NCBI GenBank assembly: GCA_051294375.1
Contig: CM119269.1
Span: 20,254,814 to 20,318,813 of the forward strand
Direction: 5' to 3'
DNA: 64,000 nucleotides
Source of the DNA: Paraspadella gotoi
Lineage: Eukaryota; Animalia; Chaetognatha
Each line of letters opens with the position of its first letter. The stretch's first letter is position 1. Made by a program: the position numbers and the translations under genes. Shown piece by piece: positions 16,974 to 30,100 of this stretch. The notes under the pieces are model-generated. The model made no database searches and had not been told where the DNA came from. It saw nothing but the letters and a program-made list of their open reading frames with translations.

Positions 16974-18261
16974 GTCTGAAAATATGCATAGAGAGACGAA
17001 AAAATCGAATTCAATAACGATATTAGTAATATTGTTATTGAATTCGATTATTACCATTATTCGATTATTACCGTTATTACCATTAACTGTTGTTATCATG
17101 AATCGTTTTTTCTACGCGATTTCAATCGTAAATATGTCAATGTTATATTCATACAAAATGCATCGATACAAAATACAATATGAAAATTGTCGGTATCGCC
17201 CGGCTTTCCCTCTGAAGCAAAGAAAATTGAAACCGTCAGCCTCACTCGGTTTCGTTGATTTTGGTCGGTCGTTTTCTTAAAGGTGACTGACCTTCGACCT
17301 TCGTAAGGATCGAGCTCATAATCACAGGAATTAAAGATGGAAAAAAAAAGGGAAAGTCAAAAAAAAAAAAAAAATGTTATATAGGCAGTTACTAGACATT
17401 GTGTGTGATTTCTCTCTTTTTCGTTACTCGAAAAAAAAAAAGGGGATATCCTTAATAAATGGAATTTTGTAGTTTCGCAGTGAATGCCAATTAATGCCTG
17501 ACACCGACCATTCTAAAGAGAATAGTGTCAGCCTTTAAGCTAATCTTGTGCGACAGAAACAATGAAGCTTCTGAAGGAGCTGCAGCTGAAGTGAAAGAAT
17601 CGTTTCCCACGTGTCGGACAGTTGGTCGGTCTGTCAGTCTTTCGGTAAATCGATTATCGTCCTTCGGTCGGTCGGTCGGTCGTTCAGTCCGTCATGTAAT
17701 CTCTCTCAATTAATTCTCTCGAATCAATGAATTTTTCCTTCATCAGTTCGATACACCAATTACCACTGAACTCAAGAGTTAAAACTGTAGCTTTTGACAT
17801 ATCCATAGTACGAGTGAATTCGAATTGTCAATACTAGCTCCGGACGAAACGTTTGACAAGGCGAAGAATGTCACCGGTTCACCGACTCTAGAGGTCAGAG
17901 ACTGAAAGGAGAAAAGGAACTTGTACCAATTGAAAAGACACACAATCAAATTCTTGTCTTCCATTCTTATTCAAGATTATCATCAACTCTCACTGTCATT
18001 CGCCTCAACGAAATATTGTATTGTAAAGAAAATGAAAAGAAATACACAATGATAATCGGATTTTTCCTCCCACAGTGTCCCGAGGGTATGATAGTGGTTA
18101 TATTACACTAGTCTATTATTTTAGTCTGTTTTTTTTATCTGCGTATCAGTCTCTAATACTCCCATTTTATTTTAATTATTTCTTTCGCACACTTCCTGTC
18201 TGAACGTCTTCGTCTTCGTCTCACTTTTTATATAATTTAATCAATTTTAAATTTTTCCCCG

Positions 18262-20175
18262 TCTCTGTTATCTTTTTTGTACTTCTCTCGTTTTTTTCTC
18301 CTTTCTTTCTCTCCATATACTCCTCTTTTGTCTCACTTTCTCTGTTATCTTTTTTGTACTTCTCTCGTTTTCTCTTTCTCTTCTCTCTATACTCCTCTTT
18401 GTCTCACTTTCTCTGTTATCTTTTTGTACTTCTCTCGTTTTCTCTTCTTTCTCTCTCATACTCCTCTTTGTCTCACTTTCTCTGTTATCTTTTTTGTACT
18501 TCTCTCGTTTTCTCTTTCTTTCTCTCTATACTCCTCTCTTGTCTCACTTTCTCTGTTATCTTTTTTGTACTTCTCTCGTTTTTCTCTTTCTTTCTCTCTA
18601 TCACTCCTCTTTGTCTCACTTTCTCTGTTATCTTTTTTGTACTTCTCTCGTTTCTTTCTTTCTTCTCTCTATACTCCTCTTTGTCTCACTTTCTCTGTTA
18701 TCTTTTTTGTACTTCTCTCGTTTCTCTCTTTCTTTCTCTCTATTACTCCTCTCTTGTCTCACTTTCTCTGTTATCTTTTTTGTACTTCTCTCTGTTTTCT
18801 CTCTTCTTTCTTCTCTCTATACTCCTCTTGTCTCACTTTCTCTGTTATCTTTTTTGTACTTCTCTCGTTTTCTCTTTCTTTCTCCCTTCTACTCCTCTTT
18901 GTCTCACTTTCTCTGTTATCTTTTTTGTACTTCTCTCGTGTTTCTCTTTCTTTCTCTCTCTCTCATACTCCTCATTTCTGCTCTTCACTTTCTCTGTTAT
19001 CTTTTTTGTACTTCTCTCGTTTTCTCTTTCTTTCTCTCTTTACTCCTCTTTGTCTCACTTTCTCTGTTATCTTTTTTGTGTACTTCTCTCGTTTCTCTTC
19101 TTTTCTCTCCCTCTACTCCTCTTTGTCTCACTTTCTCTGTTATCTTTTTTGTACTTCTCTCGTTTTTCTCTTTCTTTCTCCTCTACTCCTCTTTGTCTCA
19201 CTTTCTCTGTTATCTTTTTTGTACTTCTCTCGTTTTCTCTTTCTTTCTCCCTCTAACTCCTCTTTGTCTCACTTTCTCTGTTATCTTTTTTGTACTTCTC
19301 TCGTTTTCCTTTCTTTCTCCTCTACTCCTCTTTGTCTCACTTTCTCTTTATCTTTTTTGTACTTCTTCTCGTTTTCTCTTTCTTTCTCCCTCTACTCCTC
19401 TTTGTCTCGCTTTCTCTGTTATCTTTTTGTACTTCTCTCGTTTTCTCTTTCTTTTCCTCTCTACTCCTCTTTGTCTCACTTTCTCTGTTATCTTTTTTGT
19501 ACTTCTCTCGTTTTCCTTTCTTTCTCCCTCTACTCCTTTGTCTCACTTTCTCTGTTATGCTTTTTGTACTTCTCTCTTTTCTCTTTCTTTCTCCCTCTAC
19601 TCCTCTTTGTCTCACCTTTCTCTCGTTATCTTTTTTGTACTTCTCTCTCGTTTTTCTTTCTTTCTCCCTCTACTCCTCTTTGTCTCACTTTCTCTGTTAT
19701 CTTTTTTGTACTCTCGTTTTCTTCTTTCTTTCTCTCAACTTCCTCTTGTCTCACTTTCTCTGTTATCTTTTTTGTACTTCTCTCTTTCTCTCTTTCGTCT
19801 CCTCTACTCCTCTTTGTCTCCTTTCTCTGTTATCTTTTTGTACTTCTCTTTGTTCTCTTGTCTTTCTCCTCTACCCTCTTTGTCTCACTTTCTCTGTTAT
19901 CTTTTTTGTACTTCTCTCCGTTTTCGTCTTTCTTTCTCCTCTAACTCCTCTTTGTCTCACTTTCTCTGTTATCTTTTTTACTTCTCTATTTTCTCTTTCG
20001 TTCTTCTCTATACTCTCTTTGCTTCTCACTTTCTCTGTTACTTTTTATGACTTCTCTCGTTTTCTCTTTCTTTCTCTCTATACTCCTCTTTGTCTCACTT
20101 TCTCTGTTATATTTTTTGTACTTCTCTATTTTTCTCTTTCTTTCTCTCTATACTCCTCTTTGTCTCACTTTCTCT
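18262..20175. repeat. Pyrimidine-rich ~70-75-bp minisatellite, about 26 copies
   Basis: Unit TCTCTGTTATCTTTTTTGTACTTCTCTCGTTTT...ACTCCTCTTTGTCTCACTT; explains the long F/L/S ORFs. Confidence 0.95.
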
Positions 20176-20996
20176 CCCTCACTTTTTAACCCACTCGACG
20201 TCTCTCTCTCTCCTACTCGAGCAAGAAGTCGATGTTGCCGGCATAAGCATTAAAAAAAAAAAAAGACTAGTTTTCACTCTACTTTTTATTGAGAGATTAT
20301 TATTCTCATTCAAATCGGAAACCTTAAATCTATTTGCCGAGGGATGAGACGAGCGTATCTCTCTCTGCCCCGAAGTCCTTTGTCAAAAATGGCGAAGACC
20401 GACCGGCTCGTTTCTCTCCTCAACAAAATATATCAGTTCATGAACAACCATGTATATCGTAATTGATTTTTTTTTTCACTTCCCTACGTTTCTTCTCTCT
20501 ATTTTACTGACGCATTTTTATTCTACTGAATAGTTTATTCCTACAACTTTCTTTAACTTTTTAGTTGTTATTTTTATTACGTAATTTATACTGTAAATAT
20601 CTAAACTTTGTATTTTTTTCCCCCGTTTCTACTGATTAAATTTTTTTCTCCTTTAAACTTAAGCCTTATCTTCCCCCTCCCCCACAGCGATCGATTCTTC
20701 CCATTTTTTTTCGCAATAAAATCTTCGGTTAGTTTCCTCATTCCTCAGTCGTCATTTTTTTTTCTTTCTCTCTTACTCCATTTACTAAGCACTTGACCTT
20801 TTTTTTATTTTTGTTTTTTTTATTTGCTATTTATTGTTTTAATTTAATCTATGAATTTTCTAATCATTTAGCATTTTATTTTGTCATCTTTTATTTTATC
20901 TTTTATTTTATCATCTTATTTATATTGTAGTATTTCTTAGATAATTTAATATCAAATCTTTTTTTTGTTTTTAATTAAAGATGTTTTCCCAGATTT

Positions 20997-21053
<57 letters not shown>

Positions 21054-21103
21054 TTTGTCATTGCCCCAACCTCATCTTTTTTTAACAAAAACAAAAGATC
21101 GAA

Positions 21104-24100
21104 ATGGGTCTCGTCTTCGTCCTTATTTCGTGCTGCTGCGTCCTGCTGTCCTGCGGCGTCGGCGTCGTCGTCTCGACTTCCGCCGAGTGCGCAGCCAACC
21201 CTCACCTGACGTCTCCGACAGAGTGCACCAACTTGCAGGTGGGAACAAGTGAGGCTTGTGACTGGTGAAGTGATAGGAAACTTATTCGAACAAGCATCAA
21301 TAGAGGAAGACGACGGAAGTGAGTTAAATATGTCAGAGAGAGAGAGAGAGAGAGATTAATGATAAATGATACAACAACGGACCTGAGAGAGAGACAGAGA
21401 GACAGAGAGACAGAGAGACAGAGAGAATATTTAAAGAAAGAGAGAATGATATGATACCACATTCGTCGTCCTAAATCTTGTGTTTTGTGATTTTTTCGCA
21501 AGCTCCGAAATAATCAATAATAATTAATATAGTTATCTATTTTCAATACTCGACGACATTTACAAAATTCTACGGAAATTACAAAGAAATATACATATAT
21601 ATAAAAAAAAATAAAAATTAGGATTGGAAAATTTTACTCTCGGACTCGTTGCCAATATACCGAGTCTGGCGGAATCAGCGGCTGGGTGTCGTGATCCACG
21701 GTGCCCAACGCCCGCGCTGCCAAATATAAAAAAAGATTGGAGGGTGTGACTTAAGTACTNNNNNNNNNNNNNNNNNNNNNAAAAAGATTGGAGGGTGTGA
21801 CTTAAGTACTTTCCTTTTTTCGCTTTATTTCTCTTTCATAATATTTTAACGTCATTCGATTACCGACGATCTCTTTTTCTTCTTTTGTTTTTCTTTGTTG
21901 TTTGTTTGTTTGTTTGTTTGTTTGTTTGTTTGTNNNNNNNNNNNNNNNNNNNNNNNNNCAACAATGTCGGATCTTGTATAGCCTACAATAATTAAGCGGT
22001 AATCTGCATCAGATGATAAATCACAATATTTTTTAATTTTTTTAAACTGTGCATGATTTTTCCACGCACATAATTTTTCAACTCATCATTTTTTCAATTT
22101 ACATCAATTTTACAATTTGCATGCTTTTTTAACTTGCATCATTTTTCAACTGCATCATTTTTTCAACTTGCATCATTTTTCAATTGCATCATTTTGTTTC
22201 AAACTTGCATCAGTTTTCAAACTTGCATCATTTTTTCAACTTGCATAATTTTTTCAACTTTGCTCATTTTTTCAACTTGCATTTCATTTTTTTCAACTTG
22301 CATCATTTTTTTTCAACTTGCATATTTTTTTCAACTTGCATCATTTTTTCAACTTGCATCATTTTTCAACTGCAAAGGTTGTTTTCAACTTGCATAAATT
22401 TTTCAACTTGTATCATTTTTTCAACTGCAAAATTTTTTCAACTTGCATAATTTTTTCACTTTCTATAATTTTTTCAACTTGCATAATTTTTTTCAACTTG
22501 CATAATTTTTTCAACTTGCATAATTTTCAACTGCATATTTTTTTCCAAACTTGCATATTTTTTTTCAAACTTGCATATTTTTTTCAAGCTTGCATATTTC
22601 AACTTGCCATAATTTTTTTCAACTTGCATATTTTTTTTCAACTTGCATAATTGTTTTGCAACTGCATAATTGTTCAACTTTGCATAATTTTTCAAACTTG
22701 CATATTTTTTCAACTTGCATAATTTTTTTAAATATCATTTTTCAAAAAATGAAATTAATATTAACCATTTATTAGTAAATCATAAATAAAAAAATTCAAG
22801 TTAAATGTGACTTATGTTTTTGTTCATTTAAACTCATTCGCCACTGCACAATTGGCCGCTCAAACTTTATATCTAGCTTCTTCACACACTTTCCTTTTCA
22901 ATTATTATTCCAATTATGGATAATTCGGAGTAATTTATGGGTTAAAATAAGTAACATTGCAGGGACTAACAAGGATCGTTGAAAGCAAAAATCAAATAAA
23001 TGTGACTCATATTTTATTTATTAAATTCATTTCGCACTCGTACTGTTTCCACCGAAACTTTGTATCAGCTTGCGTCACACACTTCCTAACCACACACAAA
23101 ATTTCAACTCAATCTATCCATCCAATTAGGATTAATTAGAGTATTTATTGGTTAAAATAAAAAAAAATTTTAGTAAATGCAACTTATGTTTTTTCCATTT
23201 AATCTCTATTTCCACTCGCACGATCCATTCGAAACTTTATGATCCAGCTTCATCTCACACTGTCCTACCAACACACAAAAATTTCATTCCAATCCAACAG
23301 CCAATCACGAGTTATTGGAGCTTTTTGCTAAGATGGGACGGATGGACGATTGATTGACTAATTAATTAATTATTGATAATTATTTGATTTATTATACTTC
23401 CTTCATTTACATTTAATATAAAAGGAAAAAGAAGCATAGATCAATCTAGTGAAACAGGTTTGTTTGTTTTTTCCATTTTAAACTCATTTCCACTCAAACG
23501 ATTCTCATCCAAAATTGATTTCCAGCTCAATCACACACTTTCCTACCCAAATACCAAAATTTCAAGTCAATCGCCCCATCCACTCTAGAGTAATTGCTGC
23601 TCAAATAGTGAAATTTATTTTTTTATTTTTTCAATTTAAACTCATTTCACTCGGACAAAATTCATCGAAACTTCATAATACAGCTCAATCACACCCACTT
23701 GTCCTACCCACACACAAAATTTCATTCCAATCCGTCCATCCAAGTCACGAGTAATTGGTGTTTTTGATTAAGGTGGGAACGGACGAGGACGGAACGGACG
23801 GACGACAAGACAGGTGACGACGGACATCGATTTTTTGGCATAATTTAGTCATAATTGCGGATTTTCTGCATGATATAAAGTTAGGCCCGGACAATATTGA
23901 GGGGGCGACCGACGGACGACAAAGTGAATATAGAGTCGGGTTTCTGATAAGCATATCCGACTAAAAATACTGAATTATAGAAAAATCAGTCTATCCAGCT
24001 TTTAAATCAATAAAGGTAGATCAAAATTAAAGATACCATGTAGAATTAAAGAATTTGTCAGAAGGCATGTTGGAAGTAATTATTAGAAGATTATTAGCCA

Positions 24101-27100
24101 TTTTAACTTAGTTTTTTCCAATCATTTTTATTGGTTCAATCATTATATTTAATGGGTTATTTATTTGAAAAGATATATTTTAGGCATTTTTAAATTTTAT
24201 TTTGATTATTGATAAATGTAAAGATGGTTAGGCTTAATTCTTATGTTACAATATTCTTATATAATATTCTTCTTCAAAATTCCAAGAGGCTTTCAAAATG
24301 AGTATTAAACAATAATATCTTTTTATCTAAAAGTTTTTAAAAAAATATTTAAAAGTGAGACAAAAAGATTGAATAAAAAACTTAAATTTTTAAAATGAAA
24401 CACGATTTTAAGACAACTTTTCTTTCCCTCATTGCTAAGTAAATCATAACCAATTAATATGAATTGCATACATAAATTATTAGTATCTTTTACTACACGA
24501 AAAATTTCAGATTAAAAATCTTTGCACATTTGCAAATGACGATAATTTATTTTGACGGCGGGCTGTGTGTTCACCTTGTATACCTTGTAAGATGGTTGAT
24601 TCGCTGTTCTAGAGGCGTTCCTGTGCAAGATTGTATATCCCTGCGCAAAGATTTTTTCCTGTCAAATATCTTCCTTGTACTTCAAATTCATCCTGTGCAA
24701 ATTTCATTCCTGTACAAAATTGAATTCCTGTGCAAATTCATTCCATGTCAAAATTCATTCGGCTTACAAATTCATTCCCTGTGCAATTCATTCCTGTACA
24801 TAAATATCAATTTCCTGTGCAATTATTCATTACTGTACAAATCATTCCTGCTGCTAAATTTCATTCTGTGATAAATTCATTCTCTGTGGGTGCTAATATT
24901 CTTCCAATATAATGTATTCCTGTACAAATTAATTTCTGTTGCAAATTATTTCTTTTAAAAATTGTATTCCTACATGTCCAATCATTCTTGCTGAAAGAAT
25001 TCGATTTCTTGCTACAAATAGCATCTCTTTGTTGCATATGCATTACTGTTTGCATTAATATTAATTCTTGTCTAATATATGTTGTTTCAACCTACCTAGC
25101 AATTATGATGTTTTACTTGTGCGCATAATTTAATATCTTAGTATTTGGCACAGACTTCTATTATCCTTTAGTATTGACAATAAGAATATACTCTTATTGA
25201 CATATAATTTTATAAGTCTAATGTATATCACTACATGACGTATTCAGTCACCGCGGAATGCCAGGCTTGTTACCCACCCCTTTATTGCACACTTAAAGTC
25301 CTAGAATTCAGGGTATAGAGATAATTAGCAGCTACATCATTGTACAATAATGCACTCTACCGTGGACCAAAGTTTGTAGAAATCCTCGTGACCAAATGAC
25401 TTGTTTACTCGTAGACAATACACATTCCTGAATGCAAGAGTATGTCCTTGCAGCAATGCTATTCCTCTGCAATTCCTTAGACAGCATGCAAGTAGATATT
25501 CCCAATCATTTTACAATACTGATTATATTCTGCGTGCTTTAATGATCCTAGTCGCTGTAACTTAATATGTGAAGTTATTTCCAATAGTGTGTAAATTTGT
25601 CTAGTTTGATAGCAATAAATGCGTTTTCCTGATTTGACAAATAGATCCTGTAGCAAATTTCTCCTCCGGTGTCGCAAAAATGTTTTCCATGGCATAATAC
25701 ATTACCTAGTTGAGCATAATTATTTTATAGTGCCAAAGTGTTATAATCACATACTGTGTAGTTTCAAAACAATTGTATTCCTGTATTGAACCTGAATTGC
25801 GCGTATTAACCTCTCGGTGTGCGCTAACAAAATGCCCTAAATTTCCTGGCTAAACATGTAATTCCAGTGCCAAATTACTCGTTGTTCTTCGTAAGACTGC
25901 TTTACCCCCGTAATGCATCTATAACTATCATTCTCTATTATTTGATGAAAACTGTCAACCCCCTCGTACAAAACAATCTCTTATTTACTGAGCCACACTC
26001 CTCATTATGTTTCTGGTACTAAATCCTTTTAAATCTCCCTCATTGACCATTTCACTATGCACGACTTATGTCATTAATTTGTTCACTAGCTGCAAATTTC
26101 ATTCCTGTGCAAATTCGTATCCTGTTGCCATAAATTATTCTCCACCAGTAAACCACCAAATTCCCATTCGTTAAGCGATAATTTTAATCTGTGCAAATCA
26201 ATCCTGTGACAAAAAATTTCTTATCCATTACCAAATGTATCCTGTACCATATTATAACTATTACGCCTGTACTACAAATTATATTCTGTCTCCAAAAATG
26301 TATTCCTGAGTGCAAATACATATTTATCTCGTAAAAAAATATCTTTGCCAATGCATCAATTCATTCTGCTGCAACGAAGGATATTTGCAAGAAAATATGG
26401 TTGTCAGCACACGAAAATGAATTGCAACTGAGAATGAATTGTAGCACACGAAAGAATAATGAATGTGATCTTACAAGGTGTGAAAATTAGCTAAGATTTT
26501 TCTTCTTAAAAATACGGGAATGAAATTTGCACGGAGGATAAATAGACAATTCTCACATTAGTGAATTTGGACACCCTGTAGTTAAGGAATACTGAATTTA
26601 GAAGCACAGAGGTATTGGGCCAAAATTTTTTGCAAACTATAGGAAGGAATTTAAGCGACACAGAAATGAGATAGATTTCATATTAGAAAACCACGTAACA
26701 TATAATGATTTCAATAATTAATAAGTTATCATTTGCTACAGAATTATTCTCAGATGTGTCGAGAGCGAGTGTAGTTTAGCAGTATAGGTTATCAGTTGAC
26801 ACAGATAATGTATAGTACAAGTTTGTCTAGAATAGAAATAAAAATTGCTCGACCAGCTCAGGGATGTAAAATTTGGTCATCAGAAATAGTCTTTAGAGTA
26901 CTGAGGAATAAATATTTTTGAAACAAGGAGATGCCACCATTGCACAGGATACTTATTATACTACATTGTGGATACTGCAATTCAGTTCGAAAGTGGGTAC
27001 TTTGCAACTAGAATGAATTTTTCGCATCATGAACTTCAATATGCCAAGAAATTTATATTCATCTGAATTTTGCACATAAGAGTGACAAATTCATTTGTTA

Positions 27101-30100
27101 CTCTATGCACAAATGTACATTATACCATGTGAGAGTACAGGGAATTGTTAATGAATGTCATTGTTATGAGGTCCTGAATTAGATTAAAACACATTGAATG
27201 ATTACTTCTGTGCGTAGCTAAGAGAATCGAATTTGACATTCCTATGGGCATAAAATTTTTGCACCAGAAATACCATATTGCACTCATAGCCAAATTTCAT
27301 GAATCCTTGCTACCAATAAGTGTCAATTCCTAGTCAATATTTTAGCAATCATGGTATAGAAAATATTTTGCTACATAGGAATTTCACCATTGTGGTACAA
27401 AATTTCATTTGTCAACTGACTATCTAAATGTGTTCAAATCATTTCCTAGTTTATACCTATTTGCCCCAACATCAATCCTGCTTGCGCCAAAATTATATAT
27501 TCATTTCCTCTGGCATTAAGTGTCAATCCTGATATCAAATTCTATCCTGTGCAAACTATTCCCTTTTTCCGAAACTTCAATCTGAGTTCTAATTCATCAT
27601 CTAGTGGCAAATATGCCCGTGCATAACAAATCCTGCTGCAGTAAATCATTCCGTGCAAACTTCATGTCCTGTGTACAAAATTCATTCCTGTGCAAAGGTC
27701 ATCCTGCTACTAAATTCAAATTCCTGTGCTAACTTCCATTTCTCTGTAGCCAAAAAATTCAAATACTCTTCTGTGCCAAAATTCTCTATCTACTGTGCAA
27801 ATTCAATTACCTGTGCAATATACTATAACTGTCTTGTACCAATATAGTAATCCTGTGCCCTATGTGACTACATTAAATTTCTCTGTGTCAAATTATCTTC
27901 TCTTTTAAGAATAGACATTCACTACACCAAATTCATTCATTGTGTAAAATTCATTTCTTACAAAGCATTCTTGTGCATATGCTATTTCCCTGTGTCATTA
28001 ATGAAATTCCCATGTAGGTAATTACTATGATAAGTACTTTTCTCTAGTGTCTCCATAGTAGTTGCATAATCATTGTTATTTCAAAACTTGTTGACTTCTG
28101 TAGAAATTTACATTTCCTTAGCTAACTTCAAAAGAATTCTCTCTTCCTCACCTATTAAGTCAATGTATTCTCTCGTTGCGAATCGATCTCACGAGCTATT
28201 TCATTACCTGACTCCTATTGTCACGAGCAAGTACAACTGTGACTTTCCTATCCCCGTTTTATATTCCGCCACAATCCTAGATAGCATATGCTTCACTTTG
28301 TCTGTTCAAAATTGTCTGATGCATAATGTGTTACTGAGGCAAAATTTACCCATTCCTGGTTGGCAAAGAGTATTTCTCTTTGCATATATTTCACTGTTCA
28401 TGCATGCAAGTTATTCCATTATCAATCCCTAGTGTGTTTCTCTAGCAAGTTCCTTGTTTTTAAAATCGTCTAAATTACAGCTGTAGTTCCACTGTTCTTG
28501 CTGAGCAAAAAAATATTCCTTGTGCTGATAATCCTGTGCATAAGCTAGCTTCACTGTCGCAAAATTCCATGTTTCCTGTCAGACCAATATTCTGCATTCT
28601 CTGTGCATCTAGAGTGTTTTGCTAATATTTTACTTTTGCCACTAAGAACATCTCACTGTGCAAAATGTTATTTCAGCTTGTCGCATAATAGAGTATTCGC
28701 ATGAATGCCTAAAATGTATTCTGCTGCAAAATAATTACCTGTCAGAGATTACTTTACAGTATGCAACATAGCCCTATTTCGCACATACCCGTGTAAGCGA
28801 AATATTATTACTTGTCACAAAAGTATTCCTGTCACCCACAATATATCCTGTGAAAATGCATATCCTGTGGCAATATTTTTTCTTGTGTCATAATGTGTTT
28901 ACTGGTGCAAAAGGACATGATCCTGTGCATACTGAATATTTCCTGTGCAAATATATCCCACTGTGCAAATGATATTCCTGTGCAATAATTTACTCGTGTG
29001 CAATATATTCAAGTTCATTTATGCAAAATTTCCCTTATCAAATGTTTTCTGTGCCAAATGTCAATTTACTAGTATCAATCTATTTAATCCGTGTATTATT
29101 TTTAATCCTTATTGCAATAATGTGTTCCCCGTGCAATAGTCATTTCCAGATGTTTCAATTTGTTCTCTTGTATGCCACAATGTATTCCTAGTCAATGAAT
29201 TCTCTAGAATGCCACATCTATTTCAAGGTTACATAATTGCGCATAATACCGAGGCATATATGTGACTCTGCACTTGCAAATGTTATTCCTGAAGTCAAAT
29301 GGTTACCCTGTAACTAAATACAGTCTTTTAATGCAACAAATGGTCCACCATTACAACCTCATGTGCAAAAAATTTATTACTCATTAAAAAATTAGTTTCT
29401 TGCATAATCCATCCTGTCAGCACTGTATATTAGTATCACTAAAAGAATGATTTGCACACGAATGAATTTGCACTGGAAAGTATTGAATGCACAGGATATG
29501 AATAGGAGGTGAACAATTAGGCTAAAATAGTTTCATTATAATAGGTCCAATAGACAAATATCTGATGGGCTTTACCCCCACACCTTTAACACCGCTTCAC
29601 ATCCCTAAGTTGATTGACAAGATTACCCAACCACCAGATCTCTACACCCAAAGATCAAAGTCGCCCCAAAAATTTATCCCGCTAAAATTTCAGCCATGCC
29701 CCGATTCTTCCAACTCACTTCTAATAACATCACCCCCTATTAGTAAGATAACTGAATAAAAGTAGAGCAATTTTAAATTTCACCAAGAACTAACCTTAGA
29801 ATTGTCGAGAAGAGAAGACATTTAGTAAAAGATAAATTCCCGATATTATTGACATAAATAGTTAATTTTGCACAAGGAAAATAACATTAATAGTAACAAG
29901 AAATAATTATGCACAGGATATTGAAATTTTGACTATGTATTAATTAGCCAACAAGGAATTATATCCTTCTATGATACAGAATAAATTTGAACAAAGAATG
30001 CCTTTTGCAGGAAATACTTTTGCTCTGGAAACTTAGCAAAGAGATAAACTATTGCAACAGACTGGAATTTGCCACAGAATTGATTTGCAAGGAATGAATT

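Noticed and set aside
18277-20189. 300-555 aa F/L/S-rich ORFs resembling membrane proteins
   Set aside because: Pyrimidine minisatellite that lacks stop codons by composition.
21640-21730. U1 snRNA variant (GATCACGA and ATTGGCA loops on minus) or HDV-like ribozyme
   Set aside because: No ACTTACCTG 5' end or U1 stem order; the segment inside the putative HDV P1 is too short for P2-P3-L3.
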